A stretch of DNA of 64,000 bases from Glaucostegus cemiculus (Eukaryota). The DNA is taken from contig CDPCPM010000104.1 of the NCBI GenBank assembly GCA_976551045.1, positions 6,944,001-7,008,000 of the forward strand, given 5' to 3'. A model generated the notes under the pieces. It worked only from the letters and a program-made list of their open reading frames with translations. It had not been told where the DNA came from and ran no database searches. Of the stretch, positions 1-11,408 are shown piece after piece. Position 1 is the first letter of the stretch; every line of letters starts with the position of its first letter. The translations under genes and the position numbers were made by a program.

Positions 1-31
1 TGCTGAGTATTTGCAGCCTTCACTGTTTTTT
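1..31 (+). mobile_element. Tail fragment of Penelope-derived small element (cut by window edge)
   Basis: TGCTGAGTATTTGCAGC...CTGTTTTT resembles the CTGCTGAGT..CCAGCA tail at 3515-3545, 7041-7075 and 13259-13290. Confidence 0.4.
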
Positions 32-1373
32 ATAATTGTAATACCAATTCCTAATAAGCCCTTCCAGAAAACAGAGCCAAAGGCATGAATTAAATGATTC
101 CCCCACCCCTCAATAGTAGCATACAGATTGTTTTGAAATAAGAATAAAAAGAACTAGTAAACAGAATTGGGTCCAGATACTTTAAATCAAATTTGTTGCT
201 GTTCTCTGTTTGTATTCTGGGTCTCATTTCATCCTGAATATGGCTTGGCAGCTTAAAATAGGATGGGTTTTTTTGGCATCTCATTGCCTTGAATCAACAT
301 AAAATTCAAATTCAGTAAATAAAGTGACAAGCTGTATTTTGTCAATCAATCAATGATGTCTAGTTCCTTTCTTATTACTGATATTGCTATGATTTATGTA
401 CATTTTAATTATTCAGATGTTTATTATGTACAATGGGATGAAATTTGGAGCCTCATATTTTCTTTCTACACATTCAGTGCATGCTGCAATTATAGCCACA
501 GATATCTGTTTATTTGATGAATTCTGTTTCTTCTACATAGTTTGATAAATAAGGAAATAAGTCAAAACCTACTTCATATACAGTAATTAAAGTGAAAAAT
601 CTAGTCATGATGCAAATCCTTAATTGGACTCCAGGAGAGATATGCGAAATTTCTCTTTAATAATACGAGATGACTGGGGACAGAAAAACAAAGCATGCTA
701 AAATATGGTTTAGAAGTTCAATTAATCATGAACCAGGAATCATCCAATTTAGCATTCCTCATTCAGTAGTCCTCCAGATTCAGGTAATGTTCTTTTAATC
801 ATCTGATTGTATTATTGAGCCGTTTTTGATAGGCAATACAGAATTTGTGTTCTATAAATTGTTTTTTTAAAAAGAAAGGCATCTGAAACCTTTGTATAGT
901 CTGTGTGTATTATGGCAAATCACTTCTTTCCAATGTTTAAGTGAATCATTAGGAAAATATTTCAATGGTGTCCCATTAGTATTCATGTTTAATGTATGTA
1001 TTTTATGGTAACTCATTTAAAAAGTCAAAGGTTTCAGTGTAAAACAAACCTCCCATGTACAGTTTCTTTCCATAATATATAGAAGATTGGGAATATCTCA
1101 GTGAATGTGATGCACTACATTTCAAAGAATTTGGCTCCTCCAATCACATGCATGCAGAATCACATCGACTGTGGGTGCATTTAATTTAATAGGAAGACTC
1201 CACCTTCCCTTTCACTCAAGAACCAGCAAACAGAGTAGGCAGTACTGATCTAAAGTGCAGACACAAACTGGAATTCACAGTCACATTCCCGGAAAACCAG
1301 CTAATATTAATTTTTAAATTACAAGCTTTTGCATGTGTGTATGTAAATCTATCTGATTTTGTCCTTGTACTTC

Positions 1374-2040
1374 AGAGTCATAGAATCATACAGCACGGAA
1401 ACAGGCCCTTCGGCCCAACTGGTCCATGCCAACCAAGATGCCCATCTAGATTAGTTCAATTTGCCCCCAATTGGTCCATATTCCTTTAAACCTTTCCTAT
1501 CCATGTACCTGTCCAAGTGTCTTTGTATGTTGTTCATGTACCAGCCTCAACCACTTCCTCTGGCAGCTCATTCCAAATGCAGGCCACCCTGTGGGTGAAA
1601 AAGTTGCTTCTCGGGTTCCTGTTAAACCTCTCCCGTCCCAATTTAAACCTATGCCTTCTAGTTCTTGATTCCCCAACCCTGGGAAAAAGACTGTGTGTAT
1701 TCACTCTATCTATGCCCCTCATGATATAAATCTATAGGATCACCCCTAATTCTCCTGTGCTCCAGTCAATAAAGTCCTAGCCTGCTTAACCTCTCTCTAT
1801 AAGTCCCTCAAGTCCTGGCAACATCCTCATAAATCTTCTCTGCACTCATTCCAGATTAATGACATCTTTCCCATAGCAGGGCAACCAAAACGACACAACA
1901 TTCCAAATGCGGCCTCACCAGCATCTTGTACAACTGCAACATAATACCCCAACTTCTATACTCAATGCCCTGATTGATGAGGGCCAGCATGAGAAAAACC
2001 TTCTTCACTACCCTGTTTACCTGTGACACCACTTTCAGGG
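1374..2040 (-). mobile_element. CR1-clade LINE 3' fragment (RT C-terminus plus 3' tail)
   Basis: ORFs 1856-2086 (QVNRVVKK..GIEYRSW.IMLQLYKMLVRPHLE) and 1534-1722 (GIDRV..LFPRVGESRTR.HRFKL..FFTHRV..IWNELPEEVVEA) are typical CR1 ORF2 C-terminal motifs. The tail GGGCCGAAGGGCCTGTTTCCGTGCTGTATGATTCTATGACTCT is on the minus strand. Confidence 0.9.
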
Positions 2041-2091
2041 TATTTTGACATCTCCAGATCCACCTCGGTATATTGGGACACTTCAAGCTAC

Positions 2092-2220
2092 TTTTTTCTC
2101 TTCTTAGGCAGTGCCTTGGGGTTGGGGATGACTTGCCACCCCTTCGGTTCTGAGGGTTCTGAGGTTGTTGACGAGGCCCATGCAGGATCAGTAGACACTG
2201 CCACAGGAGAAGTTTGACAG
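2092..2220 (-). mobile_element. Probable RTE-like LINE 3' end fragment
   Basis: TCTTCTTAGGCAGTGCCTTGGGG...GGATGACTTGC resembles an elasmobranch LINE 3' terminus with an (AAG)-type tail. Recognised from memory only. Confidence 0.4.
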
Positions 2221-2230
2221 GGAAAGAACT

Positions 2231-2693
2231 TCAGTAGCAAGGCCAGCAATTACTGCCAATTCCTATCTGCCCTTGGGAAGATGGTGATGAATGGCCTTGT
2301 TGAATCAATTGATACTCCTTCTGGTGAAGGTACTCCCACAGTGCTGTTGAGTAGGGAGTTCCATGGATTTGACTCGGTGATGATGATGGAGCCACAAGAT
2401 ATTTCCGAGTCAGAATGGTGTGTGACTTGGAGGGGAGTCTGCAGGTCGTGGTGTTCCCAAGCATCTGCTTGATGATAGTACTTGTGCGTTTAGAAGGTAC
2501 TGACCATTGACTAAATTCTGTGCATGTTACAGATGACACACACTGTAGCCACAGTGTGACGGTGGTGGAGGGATTGAATATTTAGGATGGATGATTGCTA
2601 GCCAATCAAGTGGCTGCTCAATCCTGGAAGTTGTCAAACTTCTTGAGTGTTGTCAGGGCTGAACTCATTCAAACAAGTGTAAAGTATTCTATC
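2231..2693 (-). mobile_element. CR1/L2-group LINE 3' fragment (second family), interrupted at 2694 and resuming at 3583-3620
   Basis: Decayed minus-strand frames with NIQSLHHRHTVATVC and SNPWNSLLNSTVGVPSPEG (WNSL RT C-terminal motif). Tail AAGGGCAGATAGGAATTGGCAGTAATTGCTGGCCTTGC. Continues across the AGTATTCTATC duplication. Confidence 0.7.
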
Positions 2694-3582
2694 TAATGAA
2701 AAACACAATGATGCTGGAGGAACTCAGCAGGCCAGGCAGTATCCGTGGAGAAAAGCAGGCGGTCAACATTTTGGGTCAGGACCCTTCTTCAGGAATGAAG
2801 GTAGGAAAAGGGGAAACCCAATATATAGGAGGGAAAATCAGAGCAGATTGTTTCTTGGTCCAGGCTCCAGCATCTACAGTCTCTTGAGCCTCCATCTGAG
2901 AGAACATTTGGGAGAATTCAATGTTCATGCCATTAGGCTGCAAGGTTCCAAGATGGAAAATGAGGTGCTGTTCCTCCAGTTTGCACTTTGAATTCTCCTG
3001 TCAGTGGAAGAGGCCGAGGACTGGATGTCCTCTTCAACTCTTACCCCTGCCAGGCCCTGTCTTCCCCCTCTCTGAGGCTGAGCAGTCTGTTCTCAGCAAA
3101 GGCCTCACCTTCATGTCTCTATGCCCCCACCTCAACGGTCAGTCCTCGGCCTCATCCATGGAATTCTCCCATTTTAAGTAAACCCCACCCCCAACAGCCT
3201 CCATGCCTCTTCTTTTCTCCCCTACTAGCTCCATGTTTTCTACTCCCCCCCCCTTTTTTCCCTCCTTACCTTTGACCCATCCCCCAGAGGATCTGCTCGC
3301 CCCTCCTTCCCCACATCTGCCTATCACTGATTCTTACCTGCGTCTACCTATCACTACCTTGTGCCCAACCCACCTCCCCTCTTTTGTCCACCTATCACTG
3401 CTCTGCTCTTCCCTCCCATATATTGGGCTTCCCCTTTTCCTGTCTTCAGTCTTGAAGAAGGGTCCTGACCTGAAACATTGACCGCCTGCTTTTCTCCACA
3501 GATGCTGCCTAGCTTGCTGAGTTCCTCCAGCATCATCGTGTTCTTCATCTAGATTCCAGCATCTGCAGTCCTTTGTTTCTCT
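2694..3582 (+). mobile_element. Internally deleted Penelope-like element with inverted termini, GIY-YIG remnants and hammerhead-like motifs; 11-bp TSD
   Basis: AGTATTCTATC direct repeat at 2683-2693 and 3583-3593. Inverted arms about 2696-2847 and 3397-3548. Minus 3021-2906 translates VLGLFH*QENSKCKLEEQHLIFHLGTLQPNGMNIEFSQ (GIY-YIG C-terminus). Plus 3065-3135 gives PLSEAEQSVLSKGLTF (PLE N-terminal motif), joined to MEFSHFK*. Confidence 0.85.
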
Positions 3583-3916
3583 AGTATTCTATCACATTTC
3601 TGATTTGTGCCTTGCAGACTTTGTTTTCTGAACTTCAAGTTTAACTTTTACAATTTCAAACCTTTCATTCAGCTTTGCTTTACCTCATCTTGTATCATCT
3701 CAAGTTCTATGATATAACCAGCCTGCAGCATAAAAAAGACAAATGACATCCCTGTACCTAACATGCAGATCCACCAATCCTTATAGCAGTCTCCATCATA
3801 CATGTCAGTATGTGTTGATCAGAAGTTGTATTATGCCAGAACTATATGAATTAGTGAACAATTTGAATTAGTGTGCCATCTTAGTGTGCCAATTAGTGCA
3901 GTATCTTTTTGCCAGT

Positions 3917-4122
3917 GTCGAAACGTCCAATACTAGAGGGCATGCATTTAAAGTGAGAGGGGGAAAGTTCAAAAGAGATTCAAGGGAGATGTGCAGGGTA
4001 AGTTCTTTACACAGAGTGTGGTGGGTGACTGGAATGTTTTGCCAGGAGTGATGGTGCAGGCAGATACAATAGATGTGTTTGAGAGGCTCTGAGATAGGTA
4101 CTGTACGGCACTATTCTACGTT
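3917..4122 (+). mobile_element. CR1 LINE 3' fragment
   Basis: ACTAGAGGGCATGCATTTAAAGTGAGAGG...TTCTTTACACAGAGTGTGGTGGGTGACTGGAATGTTTTGCCAGG encodes the TRGH.FKV...FFTQ.VV..WN.LP motif. Confidence 0.85.
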
Positions 4123-4366
4123 ATCATTGAGAACAATATCTTGGGAAGGAACATTGAAGATCTGCATTTCATTTTCCAATATGCTGGGTGACAGGACAAG
4201 TTCCTGGTCACAGTCTTTTCAACTATGAGAAGGCAAAGCTTTTCTCAACAGAAATGGATTAAAAATTCAGGGGGATGGTCATTGGAGGACAATCTCACTC
4301 TCTTCTGGGTAATCACAGTAGCAAATCCTTCAGGAGCCTTGTAAGCTGCTTTTAAACTCCACCCAG

Positions 4367-4670
4367 TTTACAAGATATTTATTTACAAGATATTTATCTT
4401 TTCAGCACATGTATATCAAAACACACAATGAAATGCGTCTTTAACACAGTGTTCTGGGGGCAGCTCACAAGTATCACCACGCTTCCGGCGCCAACATAGC
4501 CCACAACTTCCTAACCCATATGTCTTTGGAATGTGGAAAGAAACCGGAGCACCCAGAGGAAACCCATGCAGACACGGGGAGAACGTACAAACTCCTTACA
4601 GACAGCAGCTGGAATTCAACCCGGGTCGCAGGCACTGTAATAGCGTTACACTAACCACTACACTACCTGC
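4367..4670 (-). mobile_element. tRNA-derived V-SINE with MER6-like 3' tail
   Basis: Minus strand: tRNA-like head (box B GGTTGAATTCC), V-domain GGAGTTTGTACGTTCTCCCCGTGTCTGCATGGGTTTCCTCTGGGTGCTCCGG, then tail CTATGTTGGCGCCGGAAGCGTGG...GACGCATTTCATTGTGTGTTTTGATATACATGTG. Confidence 0.8.
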
Positions 4671-4703
4671 CTGGAAATAGATAGGGTAGACGGTCCGTCT
4701 TTT

Positions 4704-5356
4704 CTATGGAAACATATAAGATTCTAAGGGGTCTTGACAGGGAAAAGATATTTCCTCTTTTGGGAGAATGTAGAAATAGGAGTCGCTGTTAACAAATAAG
4801 GGTCACCATTTAAGATAGAGATGAATCAAATGTTGTCTCAGCTGGAGACACACGAGACTGGAGCAGCAAACAATCTGCTGGAAGAACTCTATGCGTCGAA
4901 CAACATCTGTGGGAGGAAAGCAATTGTCGACGTTTTGGGTTGAAACCCTGCAGATAATGTTCTGAAATGAAATGTCAACTATCCCTCTACCTCTACAAAT
5001 GCTGCCTGACCCACTGATCTCCTCCTCCAGTGGGTTCCTGATGCAGAGCTTTGGCCTGAAACATTGAGAATTCCTTTCTTCCCACAGATGCTGCTCAACC
5101 CACTGAGTTGCTCCAGCAGATTGTTTGTTTCTCTCAGATGGTTTGAGTCTTTGGAACTCATTTCCACAAAGAACAGTAGGGGAAGAGTCTATGAGTATTT
5201 CTAAGGCAGAGTTAATTAGTTCAGAACTTGATGCACAAGGGGTGAAAGGTTACCATGGAAAGAAGGGAATGCAAAATTGAGGTTGCTATCAGATCAGTAA
5301 TGATCATATCAAATTGCAGAGAAGGCATGTGGCCAACTATCCTATTCTGTGTTTAT
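4704..5356 (+). mobile_element. CR1 LINE 3' fragment split by an insertion at 4842-5131
   Basis: GAAACATATAAGATTCTAAGGGGTCTTGACAGGG (ETYKILRGLDR), resuming after the insert with GAGTCTTTGGAACTCA (LWNS) and a CR1-type 3' UTR. Confidence 0.75.
4842..5131. mobile_element. Palindromic Penelope-derived small element
   Basis: Arms about 4867-4952 and 5040-5128 are reverse complements (CAAACAATCTGCTGGA...CATCTGTGGGA vs TCCCACAGATG...TCCAGCAGATTGTTTG). TCTCAG on both flanks (4836-4841, 5132-5137). Confidence 0.75.
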
Positions 5357-5596
5357 AGGAATAGCAACAAAACCCCAGGCACAACATCAAGTGGATTATT
5401 GACAATCTGTCAAAGCTTCTGGAAAAGACTGGAGGATCTTCTGTGCTTTGATTTCAGACGATGCCCTGTAGTCTCAGTGCAGAGCTGTATCAATATTGAC
5501 AGTCCTGGCCTGTGTTATAAATTGGCTAGAAAGATCCAAATTGATCCTAAAATAAAACTGAGTGAAATTTTCTTTTGTGATATTAGTTAAAGTTCT

Positions 5597-5703
5597 GGCT
5601 TTGGAGCAGAAACAAACTGCTGGAGGAAGAGCTCAGTGAATCAGGCAGCATCTGCGGAAGCAGAGGGATAGTCGATATTTCAGTTCAGGACCCTGTATCA
5701 GGT
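5597..5703 (-). mobile_element. Penelope-derived small element fragment
   Basis: CTGCTGGAGGA..CTCAG...GGCAGCATCTG...GTCGATATTTCAGTTCAGGACCCTGTATCAGG is the same family as 13155-13329. Confidence 0.7.
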
Positions 5704-5769
5704 AAAGTTATCACTTTACCTTCATTCAACTTTCATTTCTGTTATAACAAATATTTAATCCAATGAGGA

Positions 5770-6830
5770 GAACTTGTGTAGTCTCTGGAGCTTGGAAGAA
5801 TGAGAGGTGAGGTCATTGAAAGATATAACAGTCTAAAAATGCTTGAGAAGGTGGGCAAAGAGATCTGATCCCATGGATGGATAGACTGGGAATGGAGATG
5901 GCAGGGGAGGCAGAGGGAGGTTAGATAAGATGATCCCATGGATGGATAGACTGGGAATGGAGATGGCAGGGGAGGCAGAGGGAGGTTAGATAAGATGATC
6001 CCATGGATGGATAGACTGGGAATGGAGATGGCAGGGGAGGCAGAGGAAGGTTAGATAAGATGATCTCATGGATGGATAGACTGGGAATGGAGCTGGCAGG
6101 GGAGGCAGAGGGAGGTTAGATAAGATGATCCCATGGATGGATAGACTGGGAATGGAGATGGCAGGGGAGGCAGAGGGAGGTTAGATAAGATGATCCCATG
6201 GATGGATAGACTGGGAATGGAGATGGCAGGGGAGGCAGAGGGAGGTTAGATAAGATGATCCCATGGATGGATAGACTGGGAATGGAGATGGCAGGGGAGG
6301 CAGAGGGAGGTTAGATAAGATGATCCCATGGATGGATAGACTGGGAATGGAGATGGCAGGGGAGGCAGAGGGAGGTTAGATAAGATGATCCCATGGATGG
6401 ATAGACTGGGAATGGAGATGGCAGGGGAGGCAGAGGGAGGTTAGATAAGATGATCCCATGGATGGATAGACTGGGAATGGAGATGGCAGGGGAGGCAGAG
6501 GGAGGTTAGATAAGATGATCCCATGGATGGATAGACTGGGAATGGAGCTGGCAGGGGAGGCAGAGGGAGGTTAGATAAGATGATCCCATGGATGGATAGA
6601 CTGGGAATAGAGATGGCAGGGGAGGCAGAGGGAGGTTAGATAAGATGATCCCATGGATGGATAGACTGGGAATGGAGATGGCAGGGGAGGCAGAGGGAGG
6701 TTAGATAAGATGATCCCATGGATGGATAGACTGGGAATGGAGCTGGCAGGGGAGGCAGAGGGAGGTTAGATAAGATGTTAGAATAGACATGAGGAAAGTG
6801 TTATTTATTCAGATAGTAGTGAACTTTTTG
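5770..6830 (+). mobile_element. Old CR1 fragment hosting the minisatellite
   Basis: 5770-5865 CTGGAGCTTGGAAGAATGAGAGGTGAGGTCATTGAA (SLE..RMRG..IE motif); 6778-6830 GACATGAGGAAAGTGTTATTTATTCAGATAGTAGTGAAC (D.RK..F.Q.VVN motif). Confidence 0.6.
5868..6777 (+). repeat. Minisatellite, 14 x 65 bp, purine/G-rich
   Basis: Unit ATCCCATGGATGGATAGACTGGGAATGGAGATGGCAGGGGAGGCAGAGGGAGGTTAGATAAGATG; 910 bp = 14 units, with only a few single-base variants. Confidence 0.97.
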
Positions 6831-6879
6831 ACGCCTTTAACCCACCATTGTGAACCACACTCTGATTCAAACTACCACA

Positions 6880-7100
6880 TTAACCCACTTAGCCTATCTG
6901 GGATATTCCCTTTATTTAACCTACCTGTGCTCCAACATCCCTGCTACTGAAACTAACTTGTTTTCTTTCTTTCCCAGTTCTGATGAGGGAGTTCAGACCT
7001 GAAACATTAACTGGTTCTCCTCCCACAGATGCCATCTGACCTGCTGAGTCTTCCCAGCATTACCTGCTTTTATTTCAAATTTCCAGCATCTGCCATTTTT
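6880..7100 (+). mobile_element. Penelope-derived 3' tail element with hammerhead-like motif at 6974-7014
   Basis: CCAGTT-CTGATGA-GGGAGTTCAGACCT-GAAAC-ATT-AACTGG followed by the family tail CACAGATGC..CTGACCTGCTGAGT..CCAGCAT...TTCCAGCATCTGC. Confidence 0.75.
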
Positions 7101-7134
7101 TATTTTTATTTTCATTAAAAGGTAAATCATAAAA

Positions 7135-7388
7135 GGGCGGCACGATAGCGTAGCGGTTAGCGCGACGCTGTTACGGCGCCAGCGATCGGGGTTCGATTCC
7201 CGTCGCTGTCTGTAAGGAGTTTGTACGTTCTCCCCGTGTCTGCGTGGGTTTCCTCCGGGTGCTCCGGTTTCCTCCCACATTCGAAAAGACGTACGGGTAG
7301 GTTAATTTGGGGTTTAAAATGGGCGGCGTGGACTCGTTGGGCCGAAAGGGCCTGTTACCACGCTGTAAGTAAAATAATTTTTAAAAAA
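7135..7388 (+). mobile_element. Young V-SINE (HE1-like) with CR1-type tail
   Basis: Box A TAGCGTAGCGG (7146-7156), box B GGTTCGATTCC (7190-7200), V-domain, tail TTGGGCCGAAAGGGCCTGTTACCACGCTGTAA; CpGs intact. Confidence 0.9.
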
Positions 7389-10295
7389 TGGGTTGGGAGT
7401 GAGGCATTGCAGGTAGAGAAACTTGAAGAGAAAGGACAGGGTATCATTTGGAAAGGGAAACAGTACTTCAGGGGCAGATTGGGTCATGGGAACAGGCAAG
7501 TGTCAATCTGGTATTTGTGGGGTTAACTAGAATCAGGCACATGGGGGTGGGATCCACATTGTTGGTTTGGTGGGGGGGGGGTGGTTTGCTAGAGGGTGTC
7601 AATGGACAGTTCCCATGAGGATCTAAATGTAATTTGAAATAAGACACAGCTTGCACATTCTGTAACCTATGCATTTGTGATAAAAAATAGCACACAGGCC
7701 CTCCATACATTATCCCACACAGGAAACTAGAAAGCAAAATTACAGACCACAATCTCTAGTCACTTCTTGATTTACAGTAGAACATTATGTGACAGAACTT
7801 ATAGTCCTCAATAGAAAAACAAAGTGCTAAATACTTCATTGCTGAGAGGACAGCGAAAGTGGAAATATTAAAGTTATATTCTGCACATGTGGTCAGGAAG
7901 ATTATCCAACTCTCCTGCCCACCATCTTCTCAGCTCAGTCATTCAAAAGACTTCCCCTTCATAATACCAAACTGTTCCTCAAAACAGTTTCAGAGGTCCA
8001 GTCCATTTCTCGATCAATCTTTTCACAAGAAAATAGCTTCCAAACATTCATCCTAAATTTACCTTGCATTTGGTTCAGCTGCTGAGCTTCAGTTCAGTCT
8101 GAAGAGTGTTTTGGACTGAAGTGATCCAGACTGCACTGGGTGCAGTCAGTCAGATCACAGCCTGTGTTACAGTTGGCTTCAGCATTAGTAGGATAGGATA
8201 AAGAGAAAATAATTGGATGATAATCTCACTCTTGACTGCTGCTTGTTGACCACTGGTGGAAATATTTGTGCATGTGGCACACATACATATTCATGTGAAC
8301 AGGTTCTGGCCTGACTTTTATACTTCCCATAATCTACCATCACTTCCAGTCCATATGCTATAAAAACAATTTGCATTTGTGCAGTATATTTAATGTGGGA
8401 CAAATTCTAAAGTACTACACAGGTTATCAAATAAAGCTCACATATGAAGGATGACTCTTTGGATTAAGTCTCATCATGTACCAAATCAATACCAGGAAAA
8501 ACAAGGGGTAAAATTAGAAAAGAAAGAATCAAATTATTTCTTTTAAATCAGCATAAGTACCTGCCTTGAGTGAGGTAAACTGTTCAGCTGCACAGCCAGG
8601 AAACAGTGGGTGGAGAGAAAAAAGCATAACAAAGGGAAGGGGCTAGTGTGGCAGAAAGAATTACCAGGGAAAAATGAAAGAAATTGTTAATACATTCATT
8701 TCAGAAGATCCCATAAAGCAAAATGGAAAATCTAACCCCAAATGAGAATTGAAGGCACTGATGTTTTAGAACACAGTCCATAAGGTTTTAATCAAGTTCC
8801 ATCAGAACTTGTAGAAATTCCATCAGTTTCAGGTATATTTTATTTCTCATAATAGGGAGAGGGAAGGAAATATCAGAAAATCAGGTCTTCTGTTTATTTG
8901 CAGAGGATGAAACATGGCCTTTATCTCACAAACTCTGAAGAGCTCATGTTTTTTTTTAAGTAGGTCTCGCTGCACTGCCACAGTTTCCTGCCTGGTGTAC
9001 ATGTTCATCATAACTTTTTTGCATCTGTCTCCCCACGTTCCTTTGAAGAGTCTTTGACCCGGTAAGTTGAACATTCTTGGACTATGCTTCTTGAGCAACA
9101 TATTGACATCTCTGTGTTCTGTGACACAGACATGAGGTTCCTTTTTCTGTTACCCAGATGTTTCTGTTGGTAGGGAACATAGCGACAGCCTCCATGCTGG
9201 GCAATGTTGAAACCAGAGAGCCTTGAAGTCCACAGTTTCTAATCAGTGTTGAAACTCTTTCTAACTTAGGGCCTTTACCATCCCTGACAGATTAAAGGGT
9301 CTGCAGCCAGGATGGCCTTTCCGCAGTCTTCCTTAGACCACCCCAAGATGACCTGGCACCCTAGAGTGCACCTGCCATTAAGCTTAAATGCTATAATGTT
9401 CTTCTTCTTTGATGTGATCTTACAATGAACCCAGTGACCTTTGATGGTACTTTATCTTACATGTGTTCTTGTAGGACACAAAATGAGTTCCTTTAAAACA
9501 AGTAGAGATATCCATTCAACAAGGTTGTTTTAATTGTAGGCAAATACATCTGTGACCTCCATCTCTTACTAATTACCTATTTACTTATGTAACAATAGGC
9601 ATAATATCGATGAACACATTATGACGCATCATGTTAACAAGATTTTTTATAATCACTGGAAAAAGGAGTAAATTTTTTACAGGTCTAATATGTTCTGCAC
9701 AATAGATTGAGAAATGACAAGGATAACAGATTGCTGGATGTGCATTACAAAGACAGGAACACACTAGGACAGGAATACTTCAGTTACAATTTAAATATCT
9801 TTGTAAAGATTCCATTGAATAGAACTATAAATATTTTCTAAAAATACTCCAACATGTATTGAGCTAGATATTTTTGACATGTACAGCAAGAATTTAGGGT
9901 CATTAGCTCCCACTTTTTGTGCTATGCACAGACCACAAAAATAATGCACAGGCAAGCATATGTACATTTGTTGGCATCGTACCTGATGCCATGTTGGCAT
10001 AGATACGTGTGCAATGCAATAAATTGCAGCCATCCGAATGGAGATTAGAAGAATCTTGATGCCGCTCATTGTGAACTACAAAGTTGTCACCAGTGTCACC
10101 ATTTTGGAACTAAACACTCCAGCCAACACCCACTCTTGACCTCATACGGCTGAGCAGGTGCTCAGCAGAAAAAGGACATCCCCTACCATTGCAATTTATT
10201 GTAAACATGAAATACTTCAGGTTAGTAGCTGGCTGTTTTTTCTTCTGCCTGTTGTCAAAAATCTGTAAGGAGTTGATTCTTAAGATACAAGACAG

Positions 10296-10470
10296 AACAT
10301 ATAACATAGAAAACTACAGCACAATTCAGGCCCTTCGGCCCATAAAGCTATGCCAAACATGTCCCTAACCTAGAAATTATTAGGCATACCCATAGCCCTC
10401 TATTCCACTCAGCTCCATGTACCTTCTAACAGTTTCTTGAAAGACCCTATCGTATCTGCCTCCACCACTC
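10296..10470 (-). mobile_element. CR1 LINE 3' end
   Basis: CATAGAAAACTACAGCACAATTCAGGCCCTTCGGCCC is the reverse complement of a CR1 tail; same subfamily as 22540-22650. Confidence 0.8.
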
Positions 10471-10595
10471 AGATACAAGGTATTTATTTATTAGTCACAT
10501 GTATATCGAAACACACAGTGAAGTGTATCTTTTGCGTAGTGTTCTGGGGCAACACAGCATGCCCGCAACTTCCTAAGCCCTACATCTTTGGAATT
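10471..10595 (-). mobile_element. Partial V-SINE, MER6-like tail
   Basis: GTCACATGTATATCGAAACACACAGTGAA...GTGTTCTGGGG...CAACTTCCTAA matches 4400-4530. Confidence 0.7.
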
Positions 10596-10982
10596 GTTCA
10601 ACGTTGTGCAAGTCTATAGGGAGTGACATGGTAGATGCTGGAGGAACTTTATCTGATTACAAAGTTGCTGCACACACCAGTTTCTGCCAGACATCCATTA
10701 GTGCACATTCCAAATGATAATACAATCTGACCAGCAGAATGAGTAGGGCACAGAGAGAGTGCAGCTCAGTCTACTGAAAGAGGGCAGGAGAATGGCTCTG
10801 AGCCTGAGGCCATGTTTCTCCAAGTGGTCAAGGATCAAGTAAGCCACCTAAACCACAATGAGGAACAATATGTGAGATATTTGCACTTCAATAAGGAAAC
10901 CAGGGTGCCCAAAGTTTAACTTGCTTGTAGGTGTCAAGATGATATATCTTTTACTTGTCAGACTGCTTCAAGGTTGGAGACC

Positions 10983-11408
10983 AGAATCAGAATCAGGTTT
11001 ATTATCACTGACATATATCATGAAATTTGTTGTTTTGCGGCAGCAGTACAGTGCAAGGCATAAACATTACTATAAGTTACAAAAATAAATAAATAGTGCA
11101 AAAGAGGAATAACAAGGTAGTGTTCGTGGGTTCATGGACCATTCAGAAATCTGATGGCGGAGGGGAGGAAGCTGTTCCTGAAACATTGAGTGTGGGTCTT
11201 CAGGCTCCTGTACCTCCTCCCCGATGGTAGTAACGTGAAGAGGGCATGTCCCGGATGGTGAGTGTCTTTAATGATGGATGCCGCCTTCTTGAGGCGCTGT
11301 CTCTTGAAGATGTTGGAAAAGGTTGTGCCCATGATGAAGCTGGCTGAGTCTACAACCCTCTGCAACGTCTTTCAATTCTTCGCATCGAAGCCACCATACC
11401 AGGCTGTA
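10983..11408 (-). mobile_element. Rex1/Babar-clade LINE 3' fragment
   Basis: ORF 11132-11365 ...KAASIIKDTHHPGHALFTLLPSGRRYRSLKTHT..FRNSFLPSAIRFLN; (GATTCT)n tail. Confidence 0.88.

Noticed and set aside
2696-3548. Twin ORFs starting MKNTMMLEELS on opposite strands as duplicated small proteins
   Set aside because: They result from the inverted termini of the Penelope-derived insert read antisense.
5868-6777. Regular repeat array as a CRISPR-like locus
   Set aside because: Units are contiguous with no unique spacers; vertebrate context; no cas genes.
7135-7210. tRNA gene (box A and box B present), likewise at 11780 and 24753
   Set aside because: Head continues into a V-domain and a LINE-derived tail and occurs in several copies, so these are SINEs.
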